A stretch of DNA of 64,000 nt from Candidatus Latescibacterota bacterium (GTDB lineage Bacteria > Latescibacterota > UBA2968 > UBA8231): the NCBI GenBank assembly GCA_965203355.1, contig OZ241889.1:448001-512000 (forward strand), in the 5' to 3' direction. A program made the position numbers and the translations under genes. Numbering within the stretch: the stretch's first letter is position 1; each line of letters begins with the position of its first letter. Below, piece by piece: positions 1-10,755 of the stretch. The notes under the pieces were generated by a model. That model saw only the letters and a list, made by a program, of their open reading frames with translations. It ran no database searches and was not told where the DNA came from.

Positions 1-1374
1 AGCGATTTGCTGATCGGAGGCCAAATGTGCCCCCCAACATCTGGACGCTACTACTCCCTGTACAGCCCCCTAGATGGCGCGTTAGTCGCCGAAGTCGCCG
101 ATGCCAGTCGAGCCGACGTGGATCGGGCTGCGGCGGCCGCGCACGAAGCATTTTACGCCGAGTGGAAGTTCTGCGGCATCGAGCACAAGCGCACCTTATT
201 CGCTAAGCTGAAAGAAGCGCTCTATGCCATGGCTGACGAACTAGCGGCCACCAAGGTCCAGCCCCAAGGGGGCGTGGGCATCCCGCCGCTGGTAGAGCGG
301 GTCATCGACTACTACGTGGCTAAACTAGACGACGGGGCCGGGACGCTTATTGAACACGGCGACCAAGGCACTAATTACGTATATCGGGAACCGCTGGGCG
401 TCGTTGCGATCTTTGCTCCCTTCAACGGACCGATGCTGGCCTCTCTTTTGTCGGCCATACCGGCCCTCGTAGCCGGCAATACGGTCGTGCTAAAAGCACC
501 CGACCAAGAAGCACCACAGGCGATCAAGACCATGCAGGCATTCCACGAAGCCGGCTTCCCGGCCGGGGTGGTCAACGCGCTCAGCGGCAAGGGGCCCGAA
601 GTGGGTCAGGCGCTCGTCGCGCATCCCGCTACGCGGCTGATCAGTTTCACCGGCAGCACGGCGACGGGTAAAAAGATCATGGCCGCGGCCGCCGAAGATC
701 TCAAGCGAGTACAGCTAAATCTGGGCAACAAAACAGCGCAGATCGTCCGGCCCGACGCCGACCTCGAAGCGGCGGCGACAGCGACTGTGGGATCGGCTTT
801 TCCCGGGCAGGCGTGCTCGGCAATAAGTCGGGTTTTGCTGCACGAATCGCGGCGCGACGAATTTATCGCTCTGCTAAAAGAAAAGGCGCAGGCCGCCGGC
901 CCCAGCCTGTTGATCGACCAAGCGGCAGTAGAGCGCGTGGCGCGCTACGTCGAGCGGGGCAAAGCACAGGGGTCTCTACTGTTTGGCGGCGCACAGCCAG
1001 CGGGAGACGAGTACGCCAAAGGCTGCTATTTTGAGCCTACGGCCTTTGCCTTTGCCGATCAGTCCAGTCCGATTTGCCGCGACGAAATTTTCGGCCCGGT
1101 CGTCTCGGTGCTGACGTTTGCCAGCGACGACGAGGCGTTGGCGTTGGCAAACGATACGGACTACGGACTGCTCGTCTCACTCTGGACGCAAGATCCCGAG
1201 CGGCAACGCTATTTTGTGCGGCGTTTGGAAGTGGGGATTGTCGCCATTAACAGCGCCAGTATGCTGAGCCATCGCACCCCTTGGGGCGGTTTTAAGCAGA
1301 GCGGCATAGGTCGGCGTTACGGCGAGATGGGTCTGGCGCCTTTTTTTGAATACAAAACAGTGTGGATTGCTTGA
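1..1374 (+). CDS. Aldehyde dehydrogenase family protein (5' end probably outside the window)
   Basis: ALDH motifs: PFNGP oxyanion Asn, FTGSTATG NAD-binding motif, GQAC catalytic Cys, EIFGPV, PWGGFKQSGIG. The frame is open from base 1. Confidence 0.9.
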   Translation, partial: SDLLIGGQMCPPTSGRYYSLYSPLDGALVAEVADASRADVDRAAAAAHEAFYAEWKFCGIEHKRTLFAKLKEALYAMADELAATKVQPQGGVGIPPLVERVIDYYVAKLDDGAGTLIEHGDQGTNYVYREPLGVVAIFAPFNGPMLASLLSAIPALVAGNTVVLKAPDQEAPQAIKTMQAFHEAGFPAGVVNALSGKGPEVGQALVAHPATRLISFTGSTATGKKIMAAAAEDLKRVQLNLGNKTAQIVRPDADLEAAATATVGSAFPGQACSAISRVLLHESRRDEFIALLKEKAQAAGPSLLIDQAAVERVARYVERGKAQGSLLFGGAQPAGDEYAKGCYFEPTAFAFADQSSPICRDEIFGPVVSVLTFASDDEALALANDTDYGLLVSLWTQDPERQRYFVRRLEVGIVAINSASMLSHRTPWGGFKQSGIGRRYGEMGLAPFFEYKTVWIA

Positions 1375-1467
1375 AAGGGATTGGCATTGAACTGGCGTGA
1401 GCAGAGGAAGAAAGTCGCCGTCCGCGATCGGGGCGGGCCAGATCGCAACCTCACAACAGCTACCGAG

Positions 1468-1623
1468 GTCTGCTCGCGTGGGCGTGTGCGATCTGTAGCG
1501 TAGATTAGGTGCTGATAATTAAATCGGATCGTCTGCTCGCGCGCGGGCGTGCGACACTGGCTGGCGATTGGGACGAGGACGGCGACGGATCGTCTGCTCG
1601 CGTGCGGGCGTGCGATCTGTAGC
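1468..1623. repeat. Three imperfect ~32-bp direct repeats at 61-63 bp period (CRISPR-like, degenerate)
   Basis: GTCTGCTCGCG...TGCGA units start at 1468, 1531 and 1592. Copies 1 and 3 match at 29/32. Copies 2 and 3 also share the preceding CGGATC. Confidence 0.7.
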
Positions 1624-1698
1624 CCGGGCCGCAGGTGTGCGCGGCCAGCACTCCACCGATCGCATAGCGTAGAGACTTGCCTTCCCTGACAAACGCAC

Positions 1699-1785
1699 GG
1701 GCACCGGCATAACACGTAAGGCTCGACCCAATTTGGCCCCGGCAAGTTCGCCAGGTCAGGCCGATCAAGTGCAATGCCGGTGCCC
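1699..1785. repeat. Inverted repeat (12-bp arms) just downstream of katG; possible terminator or REP-like element
   Basis: GGGCACCGGCAT (1699-1710) pairs perfectly with ATGCCGGTGCCC (1774-1785). Confidence 0.55.
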
Positions 1786-1792
1786 TAGGAGA

Positions 1793-4174
<2,382 letters not shown>

Positions 4175-4290
4175 TTAAGCAGCCTGACATCTGAGACGAC
4201 TAATTATTGACGTTCACCACAGTTTGTTTACCGTTATAACTCCGAACCGGCTGGACGCGATGAGCCGATACTTCTGGAGGTTTCTCCTGA

Positions 4291-4431
4291 GACGCCTTTT
4301 AAGATTGTTCTTATTGTTTTTTGAGCCTCAAAAGCCTAGTAGTACTGGCGTCTCGCCCGCGGAAAACGCCCGATCCAGGAACCGCTCGACGGCCCGTTGA
4401 ACTAGTCCGACGCGAATCTTAAAAAGGCTTC
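4291..4431. mobile_element. MITE copy 1 (~141 bp, IS5-like ends)
   Basis: Near-identical to 59931-60073. Imperfect ~17-bp TIRs (GACGCCTTTTAAGATT / AATCTTAAAAAGGCTTC) flanked on both sides by TGA. Confidence 0.8.
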
Positions 4432-4513
4432 TGAGGTCTAATGGCATTTGTATAGTGAAATCGTACGCTTTCTACAGAGAATATACTATAAAAGAGAATG
4501 AGGAGCGCTGGAC

Positions 4514-5362
4514 GTGACGGCAGCACGTGTATCCATACACGGTGGACACAGCAAAGAATTCGGCGATGCAAACGACTCCACACTTGAGGAGGTCGTGCTC
4601 GCCTACGTTGACAAGGGTTTCAAATGGGTGGGCATTACCGAGCATATCCCCCCAGCCTCAGCCGACTTCCTCTTTCCCTACGAGCTCGAAGAGGGCCAGA
4701 CGCTTGAGTCGAGGATGGAACGATTCACAGAATATTTCTCGGTGGCACGCCGGCTCCAGCGGGAACATCGAGATTCTATTCAGATATTAGTCGGATTCGA
4801 AACAGAGAGTTACACGGGCTATGTAGCGCACGTCACCAGTCTTCGGAATCAATTTCAACCTGACTATATCGTAGGCTCGGTCCATCACGTAAGAGATATA
4901 TGTATTGATGGTCCGCCAGAATGGTATGCCCAAGCCGCAGAAGAGGCCGGGGGAATCGACGCGCTATTCTGTGAATATTTCGACCAACAATACGAGCTCA
5001 TAGAGGAACTAGAACCCGAGGTAATCGGTCACTTTGACCTCATTCGAATGCACGACAGGGACTATCGTCAGCGCATAGAGACCCCCAAGATCAAAGAGAG
5101 AATCCAGCGGAACCTCGAGCAGATCAAAGCCCTTGGGTCAATCCTCGATTTCAATCTCAGGGCTTTTGAAAAGGGCGGATTCGAACCTTACGTATCCAGA
5201 TCTATCTTGGAAATGGCACTGGAACTTGGCGTCCCTTGCGTCCCAGGCGACGATTCACATGGGGTCGCGGGCGTTGGATTACACATCGAGAAAGGGATCG
5301 AAATACTAACGCAGACCGGATTTAGCACGGATTGGCAACTCCCAAGGGGCTACGGCACATAA
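4514..5362 (+). CDS. PHP-family histidinol-phosphatase (HisJ/HisK type)
   Basis: SIHGGHS, GITEH, GFETE, VGSVHH, IGHFDLI and GDDSH metal-binding motifs. Confidence 0.85.
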   Translation: MTAARVSIHGGHSKEFGDANDSTLEEVVLAYVDKGFKWVGITEHIPPASADFLFPYELEEGQTLESRMERFTEYFSVARRLQREHRDSIQILVGFETESYTGYVAHVTSLRNQFQPDYIVGSVHHVRDICIDGPPEWYAQAAEEAGGIDALFCEYFDQQYELIEELEPEVIGHFDLIRMHDRDYRQRIETPKIKERIQRNLEQIKALGSILDFNLRAFEKGGFEPYVSRSILEMALELGVPCVPGDDSHGVAGVGLHIEKGIEILTQTGFSTDWQLPRGYGT

Positions 5363-5529
5363 CACAGGAGTTTTCGCGAGCGGATGATTCGCTCCCAAGC
5401 GGGCCGCCACGCCTCGGCGATCTATCCGTCGCCCTAGCGCGTCTGTCGCTTTGCGTTATCTGCTACGGTGAGGCGATATTGTGGACCGGCGCGGGATCGG
5501 CCATGGGGGCGACAGGCGACAAATCCGGA

Positions 5530-5628
5530 TGCCTAGAGCATGACGAACTGGACGAGTATGCCGCAGCGCATGGTTACAGAGTAGCATTTGACGGATTATC
5601 GCTGTCATTCGACGCTTGGAGAAAATAA
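5530..5628 (+). pseudogene. Possible C-terminal relic of a PhnP-like metallo-beta-lactamase-fold hydrolase
   Basis: EHDELDEYAAAHGYRVAFDGLSLSF resembles the H...VAYDGL C-terminus of PhnP-type enzymes. No HxHxDH core upstream; the stop abuts the next ATG. Confidence 0.35.
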
Positions 5629-6852
5629 ATGGAACCCTTGACGCACATCTGCGCTGCCTGGCCAACTTCGGCGGAAGAGGAAGCCTACTGGCAGTCAATT
5701 CGCAAGCAGTACATGCTCGCATCGGACGAAATCTATCTCAACACCGGCTCCTTTGGCTCACAGCCTAGGCCCGTGTTCGAGAAAATGACGGAAGTGCTAG
5801 AAGATGTTGAACGCAGCCCCACCCGGCATCGAGGAAAATATTACAGCGCTGTAGATGAAGCTCGCGCTCGTCTGGGCACCTTTATCAACGCACCAGCAGA
5901 GGATATTGCCTTTGCTACCAATGTTACTATGGCCATCAATATGGCAGTACACGGACTGGATTGGCACCGAGGCGACGAAATCCTCGCGTCAAACCAAGAG
6001 TACGGTGCTATTGACAACTGCCTGCATCTGGCTGAACGCCGCCGCGGCGTGGTAGTAAAACGCGCCCAAATCCCCATCCTTCCCAAATGTCCCGAAGACA
6101 TCCTGCGCGCTTTTGACCGCGAATTTACCGAGCGCACCAAGCTGATCTTATGCAGCCATATCACCACTAATACGGGCCTGATTACTCCCATCAAAGCCCT
6201 CGCCCAACTAGCCCGCGATCGCGGAGCACTGATTGTAGTAGATGGAGCACACGCCCCAGGCATGATCCCGCTGGATCTGCAGGATCTGGACTGCGACTTT
6301 TACGGCGGCAACTGTCACAAATGGCTATGTGCGCCCAAAGGCACTGGATTTTTTTACGCTTCGCCGGCCGGGCAAGAACAGCTCAATCACGTTGTGGCAA
6401 GTTGGGGATACAGCCGAGCAGGCGCACAAAGGGGAGCAGATGGCATTCTGCGGATCCATGATCGCCCATTTATGTGGGGCATTGAAAACTGGGGGACCCG
6501 GGACCAAGCCTGTTTTGCCGCCGTCGGCCAGGCGATTGAGTTTCAAGAGGCGATTGGCAAAGATCGAATTCGGCAAAGAGGTCGTCAGTTAGCGACCTAT
6601 CTGCGAGATCGCTTGGCTGCAACCGGCTGGGCAAAACAGCTCACGCCCTCCGCACCCGCCCTATCCGGCTCCATATCGGCCTTCCACCTTGCTGGATTCG
6701 ACGATCTAGATCTTTACAAGCAATACCGAATCACAGTGCCGACGGCAAAAATCGACAATGGACACTGGATGCGCGTTTCCACCCACATCTGCAACGGCTT
6801 TGACCATGTAGATCGACTGATAGATGCTTTGCAGGAAGTGAAAAATGAGTGA
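5629..6852 (+). CDS. Class V PLP-dependent aminotransferase (isopenicillin N epimerase/cysteine desulfurase-like)
   Basis: YLNTGSFG, VDGAHAPG, DFYGGNCHKWLCAPKG (PLP lysine), GTRD, RVSTHICN. Confidence 0.85.
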   Translation: MEPLTHICAAWPTSAEEEAYWQSIRKQYMLASDEIYLNTGSFGSQPRPVFEKMTEVLEDVERSPTRHRGKYYSAVDEARARLGTFINAPAEDIAFATNVTMAINMAVHGLDWHRGDEILASNQEYGAIDNCLHLAERRRGVVVKRAQIPILPKCPEDILRAFDREFTERTKLILCSHITTNTGLITPIKALAQLARDRGALIVVDGAHAPGMIPLDLQDLDCDFYGGNCHKWLCAPKGTGFFYASPAGQEQLNHVVASWGYSRAGAQRGADGILRIHDRPFMWGIENWGTRDQACFAAVGQAIEFQEAIGKDRIRQRGRQLATYLRDRLAATGWAKQLTPSAPALSGSISAFHLAGFDDLDLYKQYRITVPTAKIDNGHWMRVSTHICNGFDHVDRLIDALQEVKNE

Positions 6853-7696
6853 AAGAGAGATCGTTCAAAAAACAGAATTTCCCGCCACAATCAGATCGTT
6901 ACAAGCGGACTTCCGCACGCTTGGCGTCAAACCGGGTATGGTCGTATTAGTTCACTCGTCTTTGAGTGCCATGGGGTGGGTGTGTGGAGGAGCCGTGGCA
7001 GTCATCACGGCCCTTCAGAAAGCCTTGGGTGCCACTGGAACGCTTGTGATGCCGGCCCACTCGACCGATCTGACTGAACCGAGCGGCTGGGAAAGTCCGC
7101 CCGTCCCCGAGTCGTGGTGGCCGGTAATACGCGAGAACATGCCGGCCTACGATCCAGCACTGACCCCCACCCGTTCCATGGGCCTTATCGCCGAGACATT
7201 CCGCAAGCAACGAGGCGTCCTCCGCAGCGCACATCCGCAGGTCTCGTTTTGCGCTTGTGGCCCCCAAGCGTCGCACATCACCAACAATCACTTATTGGCC
7301 TTTGGTCTGGGCGATCACTCGCCGCTTGCGAGAATCTACGACCTGCGCGGTTTCGTCCTGCTTCTCGGCGTAGATCACGGAAACAACACGTCCATGCACC
7401 TTGCGGAACATTGGGCGACTTTTCCAACCAAACGAATCATCGAGCAGGGTGCGCCAATTGCTGCGTCGGATTCGCGGCGATGGGCCACCTTTGAAGATGT
7501 CGACATCGACAGCTCGGATTTTGATCGCATCGGCGAGGACTTTCTGCGCTCAGACGCCGGCCGGGGCGTCCGTCGTGGCCGAGTTGGTCTTGCCGATTGT
7601 CAACTCATGCCCCAACGCGATATTGTGGATTTTACAGTCGGTTGGCTCGAAGAGAATCGGTCGAATAAACGCACAAGGAGCAATGCAAATCCATGA
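6845..7696 (+). CDS. AAC(3)/YokD-family N-acetyltransferase
   Basis: VLVHSSLSAMGWVCGG, GTLVMPAHS, MGLIAETFR, RSAHPQVSF, LLLGVDHGNNTSMHLAE. Confidence 0.9.
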   Translation: MSEREIVQKTEFPATIRSLQADFRTLGVKPGMVVLVHSSLSAMGWVCGGAVAVITALQKALGATGTLVMPAHSTDLTEPSGWESPPVPESWWPVIRENMPAYDPALTPTRSMGLIAETFRKQRGVLRSAHPQVSFCACGPQASHITNNHLLAFGLGDHSPLARIYDLRGFVLLLGVDHGNNTSMHLAEHWATFPTKRIIEQGAPIAASDSRRWATFEDVDIDSSDFDRIGEDFLRSDAGRGVRRGRVGLADCQLMPQRDIVDFTVGWLEENRSNKRTRSNANP

Positions 7697-8595
7697 GCAA
7701 TCACATCGTCGTATCGAGTATTTCCTACGCCCCGATCGACGGGACGGACCAAGAAGTGATGGAGCAAACCCACAAGGACTTGGTAGCCTTGGTGGATCGG
7801 ACCGCCCGCGCCACGAGGCCCGATTTGATCGTCCTGCCCGAGACTATCTGCCGCAACTGCGACGAAGAAGTGCCGGCCGGGCCGACGACTCAGCTATTGG
7901 CTGGTTTAGCCCGCCAGTATGGCTGCTATATCACCGTGCCGGTGCATCAAAAAGAACGCAAGAGTGGGGCGGTTTTCAACGTCCTTGGGCTGCTCGACCG
8001 GCAGGGGGAATTGGTTGGTATATACCGCAAGTACATTCCGGTTTATCCAGAGTTCGATCACGGCACTCGTCCCGGGCCAGGCGCGTCGCTAATCCAAACC
8101 GAATTCGGGCCAGTGGGTGGGTTGATCTGTTTTGATCTAAACTTCGGGGAGTTGCGTGCTCAGTACAAAAAGCTCAAGCCGAAACTGTTGCTCTTCAGTT
8201 CCATGTATCACGGCGGGCTAGTGCAGAACTTCTGGGCTTTGGATGTACAGGCCTTTTTCGTCGGCTCGGTGTACAAAGGGACGCCCTGCACTATTATCGA
8301 TCCGCAGGGCACCACTTTGGCCCAAAGCAATAACTACCAGAGCTGGGCCACGGCCCGCATCAACTTGGACTACGAAGTAGTGCATCTCGACAAGAACCAA
8401 GCCAAGTTCGACGATATACATCGGCACTACGGCGAGGCCGTGCGCATTGTCACGGCCGGGCAGGTGGGTACTTCGGTGATCTACAGCGAGAGCGCGGAGC
8501 GAACCGCAGCAACTATTGTCGATGAATTTGAGCTCGTGCGGTTGGACGAATACTTCGACTGGTCGCGGCAACTGCGGACAGAGCATCTGGCGTGA
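7693..8595 (+). CDS. Carbon-nitrogen hydrolase (nitrilase superfamily)
   Basis: E-K-C triad: LIVLPE, YRKY, LICFDLNF. Confidence 0.85.
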   Translation: MSNHIVVSSISYAPIDGTDQEVMEQTHKDLVALVDRTARATRPDLIVLPETICRNCDEEVPAGPTTQLLAGLARQYGCYITVPVHQKERKSGAVFNVLGLLDRQGELVGIYRKYIPVYPEFDHGTRPGPGASLIQTEFGPVGGLICFDLNFGELRAQYKKLKPKLLLFSSMYHGGLVQNFWALDVQAFFVGSVYKGTPCTIIDPQGTTLAQSNNYQSWATARINLDYEVVHLDKNQAKFDDIHRHYGEAVRIVTAGQVGTSVIYSESAERTAATIVDEFELVRLDEYFDWSRQLRTEHLA

Positions 8596-8610
8596 GCGGT
8601 GTACACGTAA

Positions 8611-8642
8611 ACGGTGGGTCCGTTGTGAGGCGGACCCACCGT
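8611..8642. terminator. Hairpin between convergent genes; putative terminator or REP-like element
   Basis: ACGGTGGGTCCG...CGGACCCACCGT 12-bp stem, with no strong U-tract. Confidence 0.5.
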
Positions 8643-8739
8643 ATTCGTTCAGGAACCAGCCCAAGTTAGGACTGTTATGCCGCCGTGGGCGTCGCCGTAT
8701 CCCCACGACGTGCTAGCTTGCACATCAATGTAACATACG

Positions 8740-9276
8740 CTAAAAATTCACCTGCATCGTCGCCGTAAAGCGGCTGATGTGGATCGTGTCGTCGGCGAAG
8801 ATGAAGTCGCGCTGGAAGCTCAAGCCCGCCCGCAAGCGATCGCTGAGAACCACCTCAGCCCCGACGCCCGGAACAATCCCGAAACTAGCGTCGCCGATCT
8901 CGGGCGAGTACAGCTCGGCATCGAGCGAAAAGTAGTAGTTGAACGGCCGAGTAACGTAGGCTGAGCGCACTCCACCGACATAGAGGTTGGTGTCTTGCTC
9001 CAAGATGTGGGCGAACCCCACCTGAAAGGCCAACCATTCCTCGACCATGTAGCCGACGTTAAGCCCGGTAACGAGGTTGGTCTCTGTGTCCGCGGCGTCG
9101 CGCTCCACCATCGCCGCCCCCAAAAAACCCTCGGTATAGAAGCGGCCATACTGGGCCTTGTGATGGTAGCCGCCCTTGCCGTATTCGCTGCCTTCAGGGC
9201 CGTCAGTGCGGCCCGGCGTCGCGGCTTGCGCTCCAGCGGCCAGTGCCAGCAGGGCGATCAGTGCAATGCGTCTCAT
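8740..9276 (-). CDS. Small outer-membrane beta-barrel protein
   Basis: Signal peptide ending AQA, alternating amphipathic strands, C-terminal Phe. Confidence 0.65.
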   Translation of the reverse strand: MRRIALIALLALAAGAQAATPGRTDGPEGSEYGKGGYHHKAQYGRFYTEGFLGAAMVERDAADTETNLVTGLNVGYMVEEWLAFQVGFAHILEQDTNLYVGGVRSAYVTRPFNYYFSLDAELYSPEIGDASFGIVPGVGAEVVLSDRLRAGLSFQRDFIFADDTIHISRFTATMQVNF

Positions 9277-9293
9277 GCTCCGTGCTCCTTTCC

Positions 9294-9890
9294 CTAGAAG
9301 CCGATGCTCTTCTTCTCGAAGTGCTTGGTGATTTCCTTGTGGTCGGTCCAGACGATCTCAGTGGTAGCGATGTCGGTCAGTTCAAAGGTCGCCTTGTAGT
9401 AAATGACCTTGTTTTTGCCCACCTGCTGTATGGTCGAAGTGATGACCCCGCCGAGCAAGAAGCGTGCGCCGCGCTGGCTGCCCGGCCCTTGGGCCTCGTC
9501 TTGGCGCACGTAGCCCGAGCCTTGGTACTCGTACTCTTGGGCGATCTCGCGCCGCGCGGCCTTGTCGAGGAACGTGAACTGACCACTCTGGATGAGCGCG
9601 GTCTTGACGTGGTCGTACAGGGCCTGCATGTCGATGTGCTCGGTGGTCTTGTTGCGCGGCATCTCCAAGATGACGACCGGCTTTTCGGCCAGCGCCCGGG
9701 CATCGGCCCAGACCTCCATCGAGTTGATCATCTTCTTGGCGATTAGCTGCATGTCGTTTTGGTTCCACTTGTCGTCGAGCATGACGATCTCTTCTGGATC
9801 GCCGTACTCGCCCTTGGTAAAGGCCCTCGGGCCTCCGCAAGCCGCAAGCCCTACCGCTAGGGCGATGGCCGCAAAAACGCAGTGTCTCAT
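9294..9890 (-). CDS. lpoB: Penicillin-binding protein activator LpoB-like lipoprotein
   Basis: Lipobox LAAC; D..W...D, NKTTEHID, LIQSGQFTF, YYKATFELTDIATTEIVW; located downstream of a COG3014 gene. Confidence 0.8.
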   Translation of the reverse strand: MRHCVFAAIALAVGLAACGGPRAFTKGEYGDPEEIVMLDDKWNQNDMQLIAKKMINSMEVWADARALAEKPVVILEMPRNKTTEHIDMQALYDHVKTALIQSGQFTFLDKAARREIAQEYEYQGSGYVRQDEAQGPGSQRGARFLLGGVITSTIQQVGKNKVIYYKATFELTDIATTEIVWTDHKEITKHFEKKSIGF

Positions 9891-9902
9891 CGTAAGCTCC
9901 TT

Positions 9903-10742
9903 TCAATCCCATTCGCACTGGAAATGGGTGCGCACTAAGTGCCAGTGGTTGGCCAACATCGCGTCCTGCCGGTAGAGCACCTGAAGGCTGCACTGGCGCT
10001 CCAGCGACGTGGCTGGGTACTCAAACTCAAACTCCTGCACGCCGGCCCGGTCGGCCTCGGGAATATCGCCTGACGTGTAGATGTCTGGTTTGGTCGAGGT
10101 AAAAACTAGGGCCTTCTTGCGGCCGTAGGTCTTGAGCGGGACTTCGGAGGCAAAAGTCACGCGCCGCACCTTTTTGGGCAGCAACAGATCGGTGTTGTCG
10201 ATCAGGGCGTCGCGCTGCCAACGGCCAGCGAGAATCGCCTGCAAGTTGCCGATAAAAACTCGCTCCTTGTCGCCGTCGGGCACGATTAAGTAGAGATACC
10301 CCTTGCGCGCCTGCGTCGACACCGCGGCCTCGCCGCCCAAGCCCTCAAAATCGAGGGAAATCGTCAGGCCAAACGAGCGGTTGGGTGGCAGCGCGTGTAG
10401 CGATACCGCTTGGATCACCTGCTCGGCGACGCCCGCTTCCTTCAACTCCACCAAGGCATCTACCGAGGCATCGCAGACGCAGCGTCGCTCTTCGATCATT
10501 TTGATGATCGCATCGGTGCTGAACTTGTTCGCGCTCAGCTTGCGCACGTCGTCGAGGCTCATCGGCAGTTGATCGGAGCGCTCGTAGTAGCGTTTGGGTA
10601 GCTGGCCGCCATCCCAATCGACGATATTGATGATCGCCCCTTCCGCCAGCGGGTCCGTGACCCGGTCGGCAGCCGGGGTGTTCTGTTGCGCCGCGACCGG
10701 CAAGGCCAGCGCCAGCGCGGCTATCCACAGTTTGACGTACAT
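9903..10742 (-). CDS. Secreted hypothetical protein
   Basis: Signal peptide and a helical SLDDVRKL...LVELKEAGVAEQVIQA module; co-oriented within the lpoB operon. Confidence 0.7.
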   Translation of the reverse strand: MYVKLWIAALALALPVAAQQNTPAADRVTDPLAEGAIINIVDWDGGQLPKRYYERSDQLPMSLDDVRKLSANKFSTDAIIKMIEERRCVCDASVDALVELKEAGVAEQVIQAVSLHALPPNRSFGLTISLDFEGLGGEAAVSTQARKGYLYLIVPDGDKERVFIGNLQAILAGRWQRDALIDNTDLLLPKKVRRVTFASEVPLKTYGRKKALVFTSTKPDIYTSGDIPEADRAGVQEFEFEYPATSLERQCSLQVLYRQDAMLANHWHLVRTHFQCEWD

Positions 10743-10755
10743 GACTTTTTGCTCC

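Noticed and set aside
6845-7696. Bona fide aminoglycoside resistance gene
   Set aside because: YokD-like chromosomal homologues are widespread and often not resistance determinants; there is no mobile context.
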